Of a DNA stretch of 36,683 nt, positions 21,736-32,248 are shown piece by piece (within the stretch, counting starts at the first letter, position 1; every line of letters begins with the position of its first letter). The notes below the pieces were generated by a model. It was not told the DNA's origin. It saw only the letters and a list, made by a program, of their open reading frames with translations, and ran no database searches. The position numbers and the translations under genes are program-made. Source of the stretch: Octopus bimaculoides (Eukaryota); the NCBI RefSeq assembly GCF_001194135.2, contig NC_068992.1, forward strand, positions 60,870,374 to 60,907,056. The letters run 5' to 3'.

Positions 21736-23074
21736 GCATCATCCACTCATTCTTCCGAATGTTGTAGGTAGACGGAAAGCTTCATCATTTATATTCTTAT
21801 TTCATATCCAATAGAGATCGTTTTTTCTTTTCTTTTTTTATAGCCTCCCAGTGTCAGTAAATTATGTACCATTTATGTACAAATTTATTCAATGAACATT
21901 TTTTCTGTGACATTTTCTCAATATTATAACTCATTGTTTGTTTTATCCCTTTCACTTTCCTCCATCTCACTATTTTTTAATTGGCCCTTGCATCCTTAAA
22001 TCCATTCTAATTAGAATGTGATATTACCTATTAAATCCGATGCTTAACTGAAAGACCTCGTTAGCAGTTTCTATCTGATTTACAGTAAGAACAGATATGT
22101 GGGCGAATCTCATGTCGAGATAATCGAGGCAGAAACTTAACTAGAAATTATTGAAGAATGTAATTCATCTTAAGTAACCTTTAATATATCATGATTATGT
22201 CCGCAGGGGACATAAACATGACATTTTTATAAACGTTTTTTACAAAATAAAAAGAAAAATCTAGCTTTTTATACAATTCAGTTTCATATGACAAAATATA
22301 TAAAATTTGTACGAATATAAATATCATCGCTGCTAATTATTTTAATTGGGAATCTTGAAACTGAAAAATGAAAAGCCATAATTGTTAAGCGGAACTCAAT
22401 TGAGAAATAATTGTACTTTCTAGTATAGTTAATCCATTTTATCTTATTTTTATTAAGTCTAATAACTCGTGGATATCAGTGGATATCTTACCTCAAATTA
22501 CTTCGTCACCATGATGTGCACCGTTGACAAACCAGACCCCGGATGACCTATTTTCTCCAAACTACATATCCATAAGAAAATCTGAAGACAGTCTTACAAG
22601 GCAATACAGCACTCATTATTTTACAGTGTTACCACTACTTACAGCACCGAGCTGGCATCATAGCACCTGAAATTACTTCGTCACCATGATATGCATAAAT
22701 AACAAAACAGCCACTGCATATCTGCTCTTCTCCAAACTCTGACACGTTCGGTGGAAGAAAGAATATACAACAAACTCTTAAAAATTGATTTTATAAAATC
22801 TTGAAATATATTTCAAATCTCATCTTCATCCATGCCAAAACAATAAATTCACACTATTTCTCAGTGAAATTTAAGTTGGAGGATCATTAATAAACAAGCG
22901 AGGGATGGGCTCAGGGAATTCCATGCGTTGTAGAAACAAATAGCTGCCTAAACAATCAAATCTATAAACTAACCATTAAATTTAAATTGACATTATTAGA
23001 AAATAGCTTCTTTCAGTTTATATGTATGTGTGTGTATGAATATGCGTATATATGTACATAGCATACACACACAT

Positions 23075-23463
23075 GTGGAGGCGCAAAGGCCCAGTGGTTA
23101 GGGCAGCGGACTCGCGGTTATAGGATCGCGGTTTCGATTACCAGACCGGACATTGTGAATGTTTATTGAGCGAAAACTCCTAAAGCTCCACGAGGCTCCG
23201 GCAGGGGATGGTGGCGAACCCTGCTGTACTCTTTCACCACAACTTTCTCTCACTCTTACTTCTTGTTTCTATTGTGCCTGTAATCCAAAGGGTCAGCCTT
23301 GTCACACTGTGTCACGCTGAATATCCCTGAGAACTACGTTAAGGGTACACGTGTCTGCGGAGTGCTTAGCCACTTGCACGTTAATTTCACGAGCAGGCTG
23401 TTCCGTTGATCGGATCAACTGGAACCCTCGACGTCGTAAGCGACGGAGTGCCAACAACAACAA
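23075..23463 (+). mobile_element. SINE family C, full length and young-looking (tRNA-derived head, CAA tail)
   Basis: A-box-like AGGCCCAGTGG, B-box-like GGTTTCGATTACC, CpG-rich body, tail CGACGGAGTGCCAACAACAAC shared with the copy at 31195-31520. Confidence 0.9.
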
Positions 23464-24189
23464 CACACACACACACACATACACATGCGTGTATGTGTAT
23501 ATGTATGCGTGTGTGTATGTATTTATGTATGTATATCCTTTAAGTTCGTCTTGAATGAAGGAAACGTTACATAATTTAGTCCTGAGTTCATAATTTCTAA
23601 AATAATAGTTGGGACGTCCATGGTTGGAATGCCTTCAAGCATGGGTCTTGCCTAATCTTGTAGGCCTGGCTAAGAACTTCACACTAACAGCGACAATGAA
23701 GTTACAATAGTATTTTATATATTCTGAAAGACGATCTTTTATCTATTTATGAGAATTATTTACTCTGCAACATATAAATCAGATTAATAAGATTTATCAT
23801 ATTAATGGAGACGGGAACTGGATGATTGGTGAGGTGACGTGAACCAGAATTGAATTATCTAACAAGCTAATTAACTCTCATCAGAATTCTAATATCTTAA
23901 CCAACAGATTGATCAGCATATTAAAGAAGCCATTAGGGTCGAATCTTACTTTGTTGATTATTGCTAAGAAATCACATAAATCTGAGAATGCAATCCAACT
24001 AAAGACAAATCGATTATAATTTGTTGATGCTTTTCTAGGCGGAACAAGATACCAGTGTGTGGTACCTTGATACGTCAGGGTAGATTGAGGTCATTCAGTG
24101 CATTGGTTATGGATGGTTACAGTAACATGTAGACACCTTTAACACATTTGTTTGTTGCCTTCTGCTATACTGACAGCATTCCACGTTTG

Positions 24190-24229
<40 letters not shown>

Positions 24230-24739
24230 NNNNNNNNNNNNNNNNNNNNNNNNNNNNNNNNNNNNNNNNNNNNNNNNNNNNNNNNNNNNNNNNNNNNNNN
24301 NNNNNNNNNNNNNNNNNNNNNNNNNNNNNNNNNNNNNNNNNNNNNNNNNNNNNNNNNNNNNNNNNNNNNNNNNNNNNNNNNNNNNNNNNNNNNNNNNNNN
24401 NNNNNNNNNNNNNNNNNNNNNNNNNNNNNNNNNNNNNNNNNNNNNNNNNNNNNNNNNNNNNNNNNNNNNNNNNNNNNNNNNNNNNNNNNNNNNNNNNNNN
24501 NNNNNNNNNNNNNNNNNNNNNNNNNNNNNNNNNNNNNNNNNNNNNNNNNNNNNNNNNNNNNNNNNNNNNNNNNNNNNNNNNNNNNNNNNNNNNNNNNNNN
24601 NNNNNNNNNNNNNNNNNNNNNNNNNNATATATATATATATATATATGCATTTATGCATGTATGTATGTATGTATGTATGTATGTATGTATGTATGTATGC
24701 ATGTATGTATGTATGTATTATGTGTGTATGGATTAAATC

Positions 24740-25470
24740 ATTTTGACTCAAATTCGTTGTTACTCCGAGTTTCAAGCGTGATGCTAATCATCAGCCATTT
24801 TGAATTTGAATGGGAAGTGATTGTTGTTATTGTAAGGTAGGCTGCAATTGGTCAAGGAAGGTCACGCAGTGTCGTGATTTGATGTTGGTATATCAGCGAC
24901 AACAGTAACTTGGAAAATACCGCATGGTGAACAGGAAACTGACCGCGTGATGGACAGGAAATCGGTCGCGTTGATGGAGGGGATATACCAGCTGGTACTA
25001 GGCTGGTATATCCGTGTTGTCGACGGTCAGAGGCTTGAAATTTGTCAGAAGAGCATATTTCTGCTGACAGTAATAAGATAAATCGTATTTCTTGTTGTTG
25101 GATACTGCGGGTTGTTAGAGGATATGCAGTTTTTCACAGAGGCACCGGGGTAATATGGTGGCGCTCTGTCGACAATAGTTTACTTGATGCTGGGCATTTC
25201 ATCTCGGAGATCACGGAGTCTCCAGAGAAAACGAGATAGGGAAGTAGAGTTCTCTCTATTCCTGCACCTGAACAAGTGCATATGTTGTGAGTATTTTCCC
25301 TTGAAGTCATTAGCTGCCATACCCGTATAGTGTCTTGTAATGGCAGCGGATGGTGTAAGGATGGCTCTGTATATTACTGCCCTTGAGAGGCATGATCCTT
25401 CTAGAGGATTTTTGCCTACTAAATTTCATTCACAAGATTTTGTCGATCCCGAAATTATGGTAGATGCCAC
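24740..25470 (-). mobile_element. Penelope-like element (PLE) 3' fragment: decayed GIY-YIG endonuclease plus 3' region
   Basis: Minus strand: PLEGSCLSRAVIYRAILTPSAAITRHYTGMAANDFKGKYSQHMHLFRCRNRENSTSLSRFLWRLRDLRDEMPSIK*TIVDRAPPYYPG, then (frameshift) CEKLHIL*QPAVSNNKKYDLSYYCQQKYALLTNFKP; matches the VIY...YIG...FK.R...H...NSTxLS...W...CLxEK...LNK..E pattern of PLE endonucleases. Confidence 0.85.
24748..24809 (-). ncRNA. Degenerate minimal type I hammerhead ribozyme at the PLE 3' end
   Basis: Minus strand: UCAAAUUC-aaaaugg-CUGAUGA-uuAGCaucacGCUu-GAAA-CUCgGAG-UA-acaac-GAAUUUGA; core intact, stem II and proximal stem I damaged. Confidence 0.6.
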
Positions 25471-25476
25471 TTAGTT

Positions 25477-25680
25477 GAATGCGTGTGGACTAGTGGTCAG
25501 GGTGTTGCACTCATGTTTGCCAGAACGTAGGTTCGATTCCCGGACGGACTGTGTGTTACGTTCTTGAGCATAACACTTCATTTCACGTTGCTCTAAGTAT
25601 TGTGTAAGGACCGGCATGTCAAAAGAATAGACCCAACGTTTCATTGTATCGTAAAAGGCGACTAAAAGATGTTGAGGTAG
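25477..25680 (+). mobile_element. tRNA-headed SINE (family C-related head with a CORE-like block)
   Basis: GCGTGTGGACTAGTGGTCAGGGTGTTGCACTCATG...GGTTCGATTCCCGG (B box) then TTGAGCATAACACTTCATTTCACGTTGCTC; 3' boundary uncertain. Confidence 0.75.
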
Positions 25681-26609
25681 GATTTGCATTCCAACTTCGT
25701 AATAGCCTCACCAGCAGTGACTACCTAAACTGACCCATGGGTTGAATGGTTGTCGCCTGAGTAGCGCAAAGATGTCATCCGCCAGGAATTGTAGAGAATC
25801 ACCAACAAACGGTGGATGCAGCAACGCGCTGTTATAGAGCACGCACCCATACTACTACTACTACCATTACATTTATCCAGTGTACTGCACAATGAGATTG
25901 AAATCGAAACCTCGTCGTTGCGAAACGAACTTCTGAAACACACAGCTATACCTTCACTTATATTGAAGACATTGAAGGCATTACTGCTCATTTAAAAATC
26001 TTTACTAACTTCAGCTTCATCTTCTCTTCACATTTACCGAAATAATTCCTAAACAGATATGCATCATTGCTTTCCAATGAAGCATAAACCTCTTTAAATG
26101 TTTTGATAGCAGACACGGATACAACTTACGGGATTTGTCAAATATCGATCGCTAAGTGTCGTCTCGATACGTCAGTATAAATGCCGTAGATAGAAAAATA
26201 CGAATATAACAGCAAAGGCCTTATCGTTTCATAGAAAAGACGCAACAAATGTCAAATGTTCTATCCATCAGTTTAAATACTACTAAGATAGTAAAGATAA
26301 TTATTTCTCGCGGTGCATTGGTGAGTAGGAAACAAATAATTTCTTGTACGCAGTAAAGACGTCAAGCGTTTCAGCAATGACAGACAATCTACGATGTACC
26401 AATTACACGCCATGTCAATGCCTTAAGAAGATCGACAATAATAAATCGAGCATGTAATACTTTCTCAAACCCAAACCAGGATGTAATTGTCTGCACGCTT
26501 TTATAATTTTTTCCCCTATCAACAAAAAAGTGAGTGTGTAAGTGAGAGTGGGTGAGTGTGTGCGCGTGTTTGTGTGTGTGTGTGTGTGCGTGTGTGTGTG
26601 TGTGTATGT

Positions 26610-27040
26610 GATGCAGGCATAGCTCTGCAGTTAAGAACTTCACTTCGCAGTCACACGGTTTTGGGTTCATTCTCTTTGCGCGTCATCTTATGCAAATGTC
26701 TTTTATTATAGCCCCAGGCCGACCAGTGCCTTGTTAGTGGATTTGTTAATCGGAAACTACAGAAAGCCACTGTACAGCTGTGTGTGTGTGTGTGCGCGTG
26801 TGTGTGTGTGAGCGTGTGCGTATGCGTGTGCGTGTGTGTGTGTGTGTGTTTCTCTCATCTCTTGACAAATAACCTGTGTTGGTTTGTTTTGTGCCTCCGT
26901 AACCTAGCGGTTCAGGAATAGAGACAGACAAAATGAGTAACAGATTTACAGGACTGATTTAATCGGTTAAACAATTTAAAGTGGTGCTCCAGTATGGTCG
27001 CAATCCAGTGGCTGAAAGATATAAGAGGGTAAAAGAGTTT
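26610..27040 (+). mobile_element. SINE family A, old and diverged
   Basis: GATGCAGGCATAGCT...GCCCCAGGCCGACCAG...(TG)n...CCGTAACCTAGCGGTTC...GTGGTGCTCCAGTATGGTCGCA. Confidence 0.8.
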
Positions 27041-27140
27041 TATGTCATAAAAGATAATAGTTACATGTTTGAAACAGGAAAGATTGAATAGGCAGACAGA
27101 CGGACTGACTGACGTGTAGATAGACATACAGTCAGACAGA

Positions 27141-27300
27141 CAGACTTAGGAATAGACAGACAGACTTAGGAATAGACAGACTGACTTAGGAATAGACAGA
27201 CAGACTTAGGAATAGACAGACAGACTTAGGAATAGACAGACTGACTTAGGAATAGACAGACTGACTTAGGAATAGACAGACTGACTTAGGAATAGACAGA
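27141..27300 (+). repeat. 20-bp minisatellite, 8 copies, C(A/T)GACTTAGGAATAGACAGA
   Basis: Direct reading; second-base variants run A,A,T,A,A,T,T,T. Confidence 0.95.
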
Positions 27301-27361
27301 CAGATGGTCAGACAAACATACAGATGGACAAACAGAAGACAGGTAGATACACAGACAATCT

Positions 27362-27401
<40 letters not shown>

Positions 27402-27403
27402 CA

Positions 27404-27437
<34 letters not shown>

Positions 27438-27634
27438 CATACACGTGTGTGCGTGTGTGTGTGTGTGTTTGTATGTGTGTGTGTGTTTTCAGATAATTTT
27501 TTTTTTATATAAAGCATATAAATTATAATGTCGTAGGTGGGGAACCACAACGTAAATCTTTAAATAAGTTTTGTAGGCAACGATTTGGTTTTTATTTCTC
27601 AGGGTTTGGTGTTAAGCAGGGATAAATTCGCATG

Positions 27635-27835
27635 ATGAGGCCCTATGTATATTATACTTAATAAAGATCCCTAAAATCATATGTTAAGGCTGCAGAAAAG
27701 AAAGAAAATTTTCATAATGTATATGGAGGTGAAAAACGAGGAATGGTTGCGGCTGAACCGCTTTTTTAACATTTGTTTACTCGTTAAAGAAGGGTTCGCT
27801 TGGAATTTTGACAGAGTCGTTAGTCTGTCAAATAG
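27635..27835 (+). repeat. Dispersed repeat block, homologous to 33684-33885
   Basis: Shared ATGAGG..CTATGTATATTA...TGCAGAAAAGAA...TTTCATAATGT.TATGG...GAAGGGTTCGCTTGGAATTT. Confidence 0.8.
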
Positions 27836-29143
27836 TATTTGCTTTTTTTTTTTTTAATAGAATTTCATTATCCTTCAATTGTGAAAATATTAAAGAGAAA
27901 TATAAAGACTAAAACAGGCAAACTTTACCCATCTCCGGATTCCCGAATCCAGTACAAAACTCTAAGTGAAACATTTTGGAGTAGCTTTGTATAAAGTGTT
28001 CTAGAACGTCGGTGATTGTACATTCTGAAAGTTATCAATTTAAGAATAATAATGAATAAATTATGTGAAAAATGCTGTTGGGATACATACCAATGTAAAT
28101 ATTTAGTCTATTTCTTAAGATGCAAGTGTTAAATTCTTTATTGACGCAACGTTTTTAACTGTATAACTTTCAGCTTTGAAGTTTGTAAGATCAAACTAGT
28201 CGTTACAACCATTAGTAATGAGCCTTGTATTTGAAATTGAAGGTTGTGAAATCTGTTTATCATCTTAAAAATACAACCGTTCATTTTATGACGAATATAG
28301 CTGTTTGATATGTTTTATATTTTACTGACAGGAACAATAAGAATTAACCGAATTCTTTACTGAACGTTAAGTAAATAGAGTAGGCTTTCTTCGATTGATT
28401 TATGTCTTAGTTTTTTTAAGTTAAGTATAAACAACATAAACTAAAAAAACGAGAAGAAATAGCATGCAACTGCTTGCGTGAAGTAATGTTATAGATTACA
28501 GCACTATTTCTAGGGACAAAGTAGAATTTGGCAAATAGGAATAAAATTAGTCTCGGACTTAGATGAAAAGTAAAACAAAGTTGATAAAACGCTCTCAGTA
28601 GATTAAACAGATTATGCTTTAAGACTTTGCTTCTGCCAAATCTCTTAGAACGAAAGGGAAAGATATTTCCCTGTAAAAGTCACACAATTATTAAATTACT
28701 TGGCAACAAATAACTGAAATGATCGTTCCGAAAATATTTTCCATTTGTATAATAGAAACAGCATCTACTAAATAAAATCATATAAAATACAGAGAGTAAG
28801 ATAAACTCAATCTGTGTAAACATTAAAGAGGATTAGTAATCGGTAATTCTTTTTCGTGATATACTATATGTTAAAAGCATTTAAACAAACCTTTCAATTC
28901 ATCTGAAACCAGACTCGGATAATTCGCCGTTGTTGTTCTTTAGTCTCAAGCCAGTTGTAATTGAGAAAACCTATGAGTAAAGAAGTTCTAGCCGTAAATG
29001 GAATTTTGTTACTTTTGTATATCTAGGACTACATTATTCAATGTGCTCTTTTTTTTTTTTTTTTCTAAGAAGTAAAACTGTAATTTGATGGAAATTTAGC
29101 TGCTATTTTAAATAACCGCCGTCAAACAACTGAAACATGTATA

Positions 29144-29356
29144 ATAATCCTTTCTACTGACGGCACAAGGCCTGAAGTTTTATGGAGAGAGATAGTCGAT
29201 TGCATTGACTCCAGAGCTTGTCTGGTAACTTTTTTCGTCGATGCCGAAAGGATGAAACGTAAAATAGACTCGGAAGAAATTTGAACTCAGAACGTAAAGA
29301 CGGACGAAATGCTGACAGGCATTTTGTCCGGCGTGCTAACGATTCTGCCATGAGCC
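29144..29356 (-). mobile_element. SINE family B, near full length
   Basis: GCACAAGGCCTGAA...GAACTCAGAACGTAAAGACGGACGAAAT...CCGGCGTGCTAACGATTCTGCC. Confidence 0.9.
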
Positions 29357-29565
29357 CCATTTGGGGATCTGCTAAAAACGGTCTCACTGTTGGTTGTTCG
29401 TTGTATTTAAAGGGAATTGCTTATGGACATTGCATTTGCAGAGGTGTGTTTAACAATATTGAGTTGTTAAAGTTTGTCATTATTAGTTCTGGCTAATTCT
29501 AAAGGACATTTTATGTCATAAATCACAATTTTTGAACTACAAAAATAATGACTGATTTGAAAACG

Positions 29566-29603
<38 letters not shown>

Positions 29604-29882
29604 TCATTTGCATTTCCCATTTCATATACGTTCGCATTTGATACTATAGTTTCAAAAAGCTAAAATGCTTTTTTTTTTTTCATCGATCCCCATTTGGGAC
29701 TTTTCGAAAAATTTATCATAATTTCCAAAACAGTTCACATATGAAGAAAATTTAAATACTGTGAATCATTTTAACTTCTAAGACATCTGGCAAAGCCAAA
29801 ACATATGAATAAAAAAATTAGCAGTTAACGGGTTAATGAAATAAGTAAAATAACAAAAGAATTTTTTTAAAAAGTATAAACT

Positions 29883-30036
29883 TTTTTCTACTCAAGGCAC
29901 AAGGCCCGACGTTTTGAGGGAGGGGACCAGTCGATTAGATCGACCGCATTATGCGACTGGTACTTAATTTATCGACCCCGAAAAGATGAAAGGCAAAGTC
30001 GACCTCGGCGGAATTTGAACTCAGAACGTAATGACA
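29883..30036 (-). mobile_element. SINE family B, 5'-truncated
   Basis: GGCACAAGGCCCG...TTATCGACCCCGAAAAGATGAAAGGCAAAGTCGACCTCGGCGGAATTTGAACTCAGAACGTAA. Confidence 0.9.
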
Positions 30037-30498
30037 GAAAAGAAGAATAAAATTAACAAATCTATCTTAACCCACAAAGCGCTGGGATTTGCACTTACAT
30101 AGAATGGACTGCTGAGCACATTTTATGAAAATGAGACTACCACACACATAAAACGCAAGAAATAGTTAAAATATCCTCTTAGTATATAATGGTGGCAGTT
30201 TTACATCATCCGAAAAGTCATTAGTTGAACTATTAGTCCTCTTGCATTCTGGTGGGTACGGAGCGTTTGAGTGACATTAGACCCCCCCCCCAACAATTAA
30301 ATTCATCTATCTGAGCCACGATCGTAACCCTGTCGACCTGTGCCTGACGGCCATGATCGTGGCCCGTCGTGTTAATATTGATGTAAGTGACAAACATTTT
30401 ATGTGATGTGGTGAAAGCTACTCAGGGCAGCTACGGTACCAAAATGCCTTCCTGTCAACTGCTCCAGACACTTAGCATCTACACCCGTCATATGTCAC

Positions 30499-30698
30499 TT
30501 TTATCTCTTACTTGTCTCAGTCATTGTACTGTGGCCATGCTGGGGCACCACCTTGAAGGCTTTGGTCGTACCAGTCGACTCCAGTACGTTTTTTTTTTAA
30601 GTCTAGTACTTATTCTACCGACCTCTTTTGCCGATCTGTTAATTTACGGGGATGTAAACAAACCAACACCGACAGTCAAGCGGTGACGGTGACAACCA

Positions 30699-30756
<58 letters not shown>

Positions 30757-30955
30757 CACTTACATATATACACACATACAGACATATGCACGTACACAAA
30801 TAAGACAGTCTTACACAGAATTTTCGTCTACTAAATACACTCACAAAGTACTGGTCGGTCCAGGGCTATAGTAGAAAGCACGTGCCTAACGTGCGGCGCA
30901 GTGGGATTGAACACGAAGCCACTGTGTTTGCAAAGTGAGCTTTTTAACCATTACC
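30499..30955 (-). mobile_element. SINE family A with internal (CA)n/(TA)n
   Basis: GTGGCCATGCTGGGGCACCACCTTGAAGG...GGTCGGTCCAGGGCTATAGTAGAA...GCAGTGGGATTGAAC. Confidence 0.85.
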
Positions 30956-30987
30956 ATTTTAAAATCTGTTGTAGGACAGTAATTCTA

Positions 30988-30990
<3 letters not shown>

Positions 30991-31065
<75 letters not shown>
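30991..31065. repeat. (CT)n microsatellite
   Basis: Direct reading. Confidence 0.95.
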
Positions 31066-31086
<21 letters not shown>

Positions 31087-31194
31087 CACTCTCTTTCCCG
31101 TTTGTCACCTTCCGCTCCGAATGTCATGTAAAACGGTCGACAGTGTTTTGCCGGAAACGAAAAGCTGTATTATCAACCACTCCAGTCAGGTGTA

Positions 31195-31520
31195 GTGCCA
31201 CTCCGTCGGTTTCGACGACGAGTGTTCCAGTCGATCCAATCAACGGAACAGCCTGCTCACGAAACTAGTGTGAAAATTGCTGAGCACTCCACAGACACGC
31301 ATATCATTAATGCAGTTCTCGGGAATATTCAGCGTGACACAGAACGTGACAAGGCTAGCACTTTAAATTACCTGTACAACTCATTTTTGCCAGCTGAGTT
31401 GACTGAAGCTACGTGAAATAAAGTGTCTTGTTTGAGGACAGAACGCGCCGCCGAGTATGGAACTCACGACCTTACAATTGTGAGCCGAATACCTTAACCA
31501 TTAGACCACTCGCCTTCACT
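31195..31520 (-). mobile_element. SINE family C variant (tRNA head, CORE-like centre, same 3' tail as 23075-23463)
   Basis: Minus strand: GAAGGCGAGTGGTCTAATGGTTAAGG...AAGACACTTTATTTCACG...GCCTTGTCAC...GCAGGCTGTTCCGTTGATTGGATC...CGACGGAGT. Confidence 0.85.
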
Positions 31521-31748
31521 CAAGTCCTCTAACCAGAAAAAGAACACAGCATGGTGACGACGACCTTCAGCGTGAAATTAATATTATTTCGCCTCTGTCT
31601 CATTTCACTTATATGTTGTTGTCGATGTTGTTGTTGCTGTTATTGTTGTCGATGTTGTTGTTATTGTTGTTGTTGTTGTTGTTGTTGTTGTTTGATGCCC
31701 CCTAAAATGAGTACAGAGACAATATCTTAGTCTCATACAGAAGTCTGA

Positions 31749-32090
31749 GACATTTCTGATGAGACCCCCCAACAAGGGTCGAAAATCAATTAAAACTTGT
31801 CATCAATTGTTTAATCTACAGAGAAATGGTTAAATTTGCCACGTTTGTATGTCTGCTACGTAGATTTACATATATTATGTCATACCTTGATATTATGTGA
31901 ACCGAGATCCTCGTTGAGAGTCTACTGATATCAAATAATTTGCTAAATACTTATAGCATGCAAATTACTGGATTTGCGATGTATATAACCTGATTGGCAA
32001 TTTGTTTACTTGGGATTGGTTAAGTGATATAGACGTCTCTGCTGACACAACAATAAGGTCCGAAAATCAATTAAAGCTGTACATCATTCT
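31749..32090 (+). repeat. Two diverged direct repeats about 281 bp apart, the first containing a hammerhead core
   Basis: GACATTTCTGATGAGACCCCCCAACAAGGGTCGAAAATCAATTAAAACTTGTCATCA versus GACGTCTCTGCTGACACAACAATAAGGTCCGAAAATCAATTAAAGCTGTACATCA; GAAA at 31781 and 32062. Confidence 0.7.
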
Positions 32091-32211
32091 TACTCTGTAT
32101 GTTTAAATACATTTCCTTGTGAAGCTGTACACATGCGAGAAGTATTTTGAGAAGAAAATTTGTCAGTATTTTGCAAAAGTTTCTGTATGAAGTTTTAAGC
32201 ATTCCTTTTAA

Positions 32212-32248
<37 letters not shown>

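Noticed and set aside
23075-23150. tRNA gene
   Set aside because: The tRNA-like sequence lacks an acceptor stem and continues into a SINE body; the same holds at 25477 and 31520.
23860-24085. Minus-strand open stretch containing YQGTTHWYLVPP, reminiscent of a JmjC beta-strand
   Set aside because: No HxD/E...H metal ligands, no splice signals, and the match is only a few residues.
27141-27300. CRISPR-like array or telomeric repeat
   Set aside because: The units are contiguous with no spacers, the context is eukaryotic, and TTAGG is only a small part of a 20-bp unit.
29510-29835. piggyBac-like right end (CAGTTAACGGG-TTAA)
   Set aside because: No matching left TTAA-CCC terminus was found upstream; one short motif is insufficient.
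30315-30363. 11-bp inverted repeat GCCACGATCGT/ATGATCGTGGC with a 27-nt spacer
   Set aside because: It is short, has no TSD or family context, and is not distinguishable from background.
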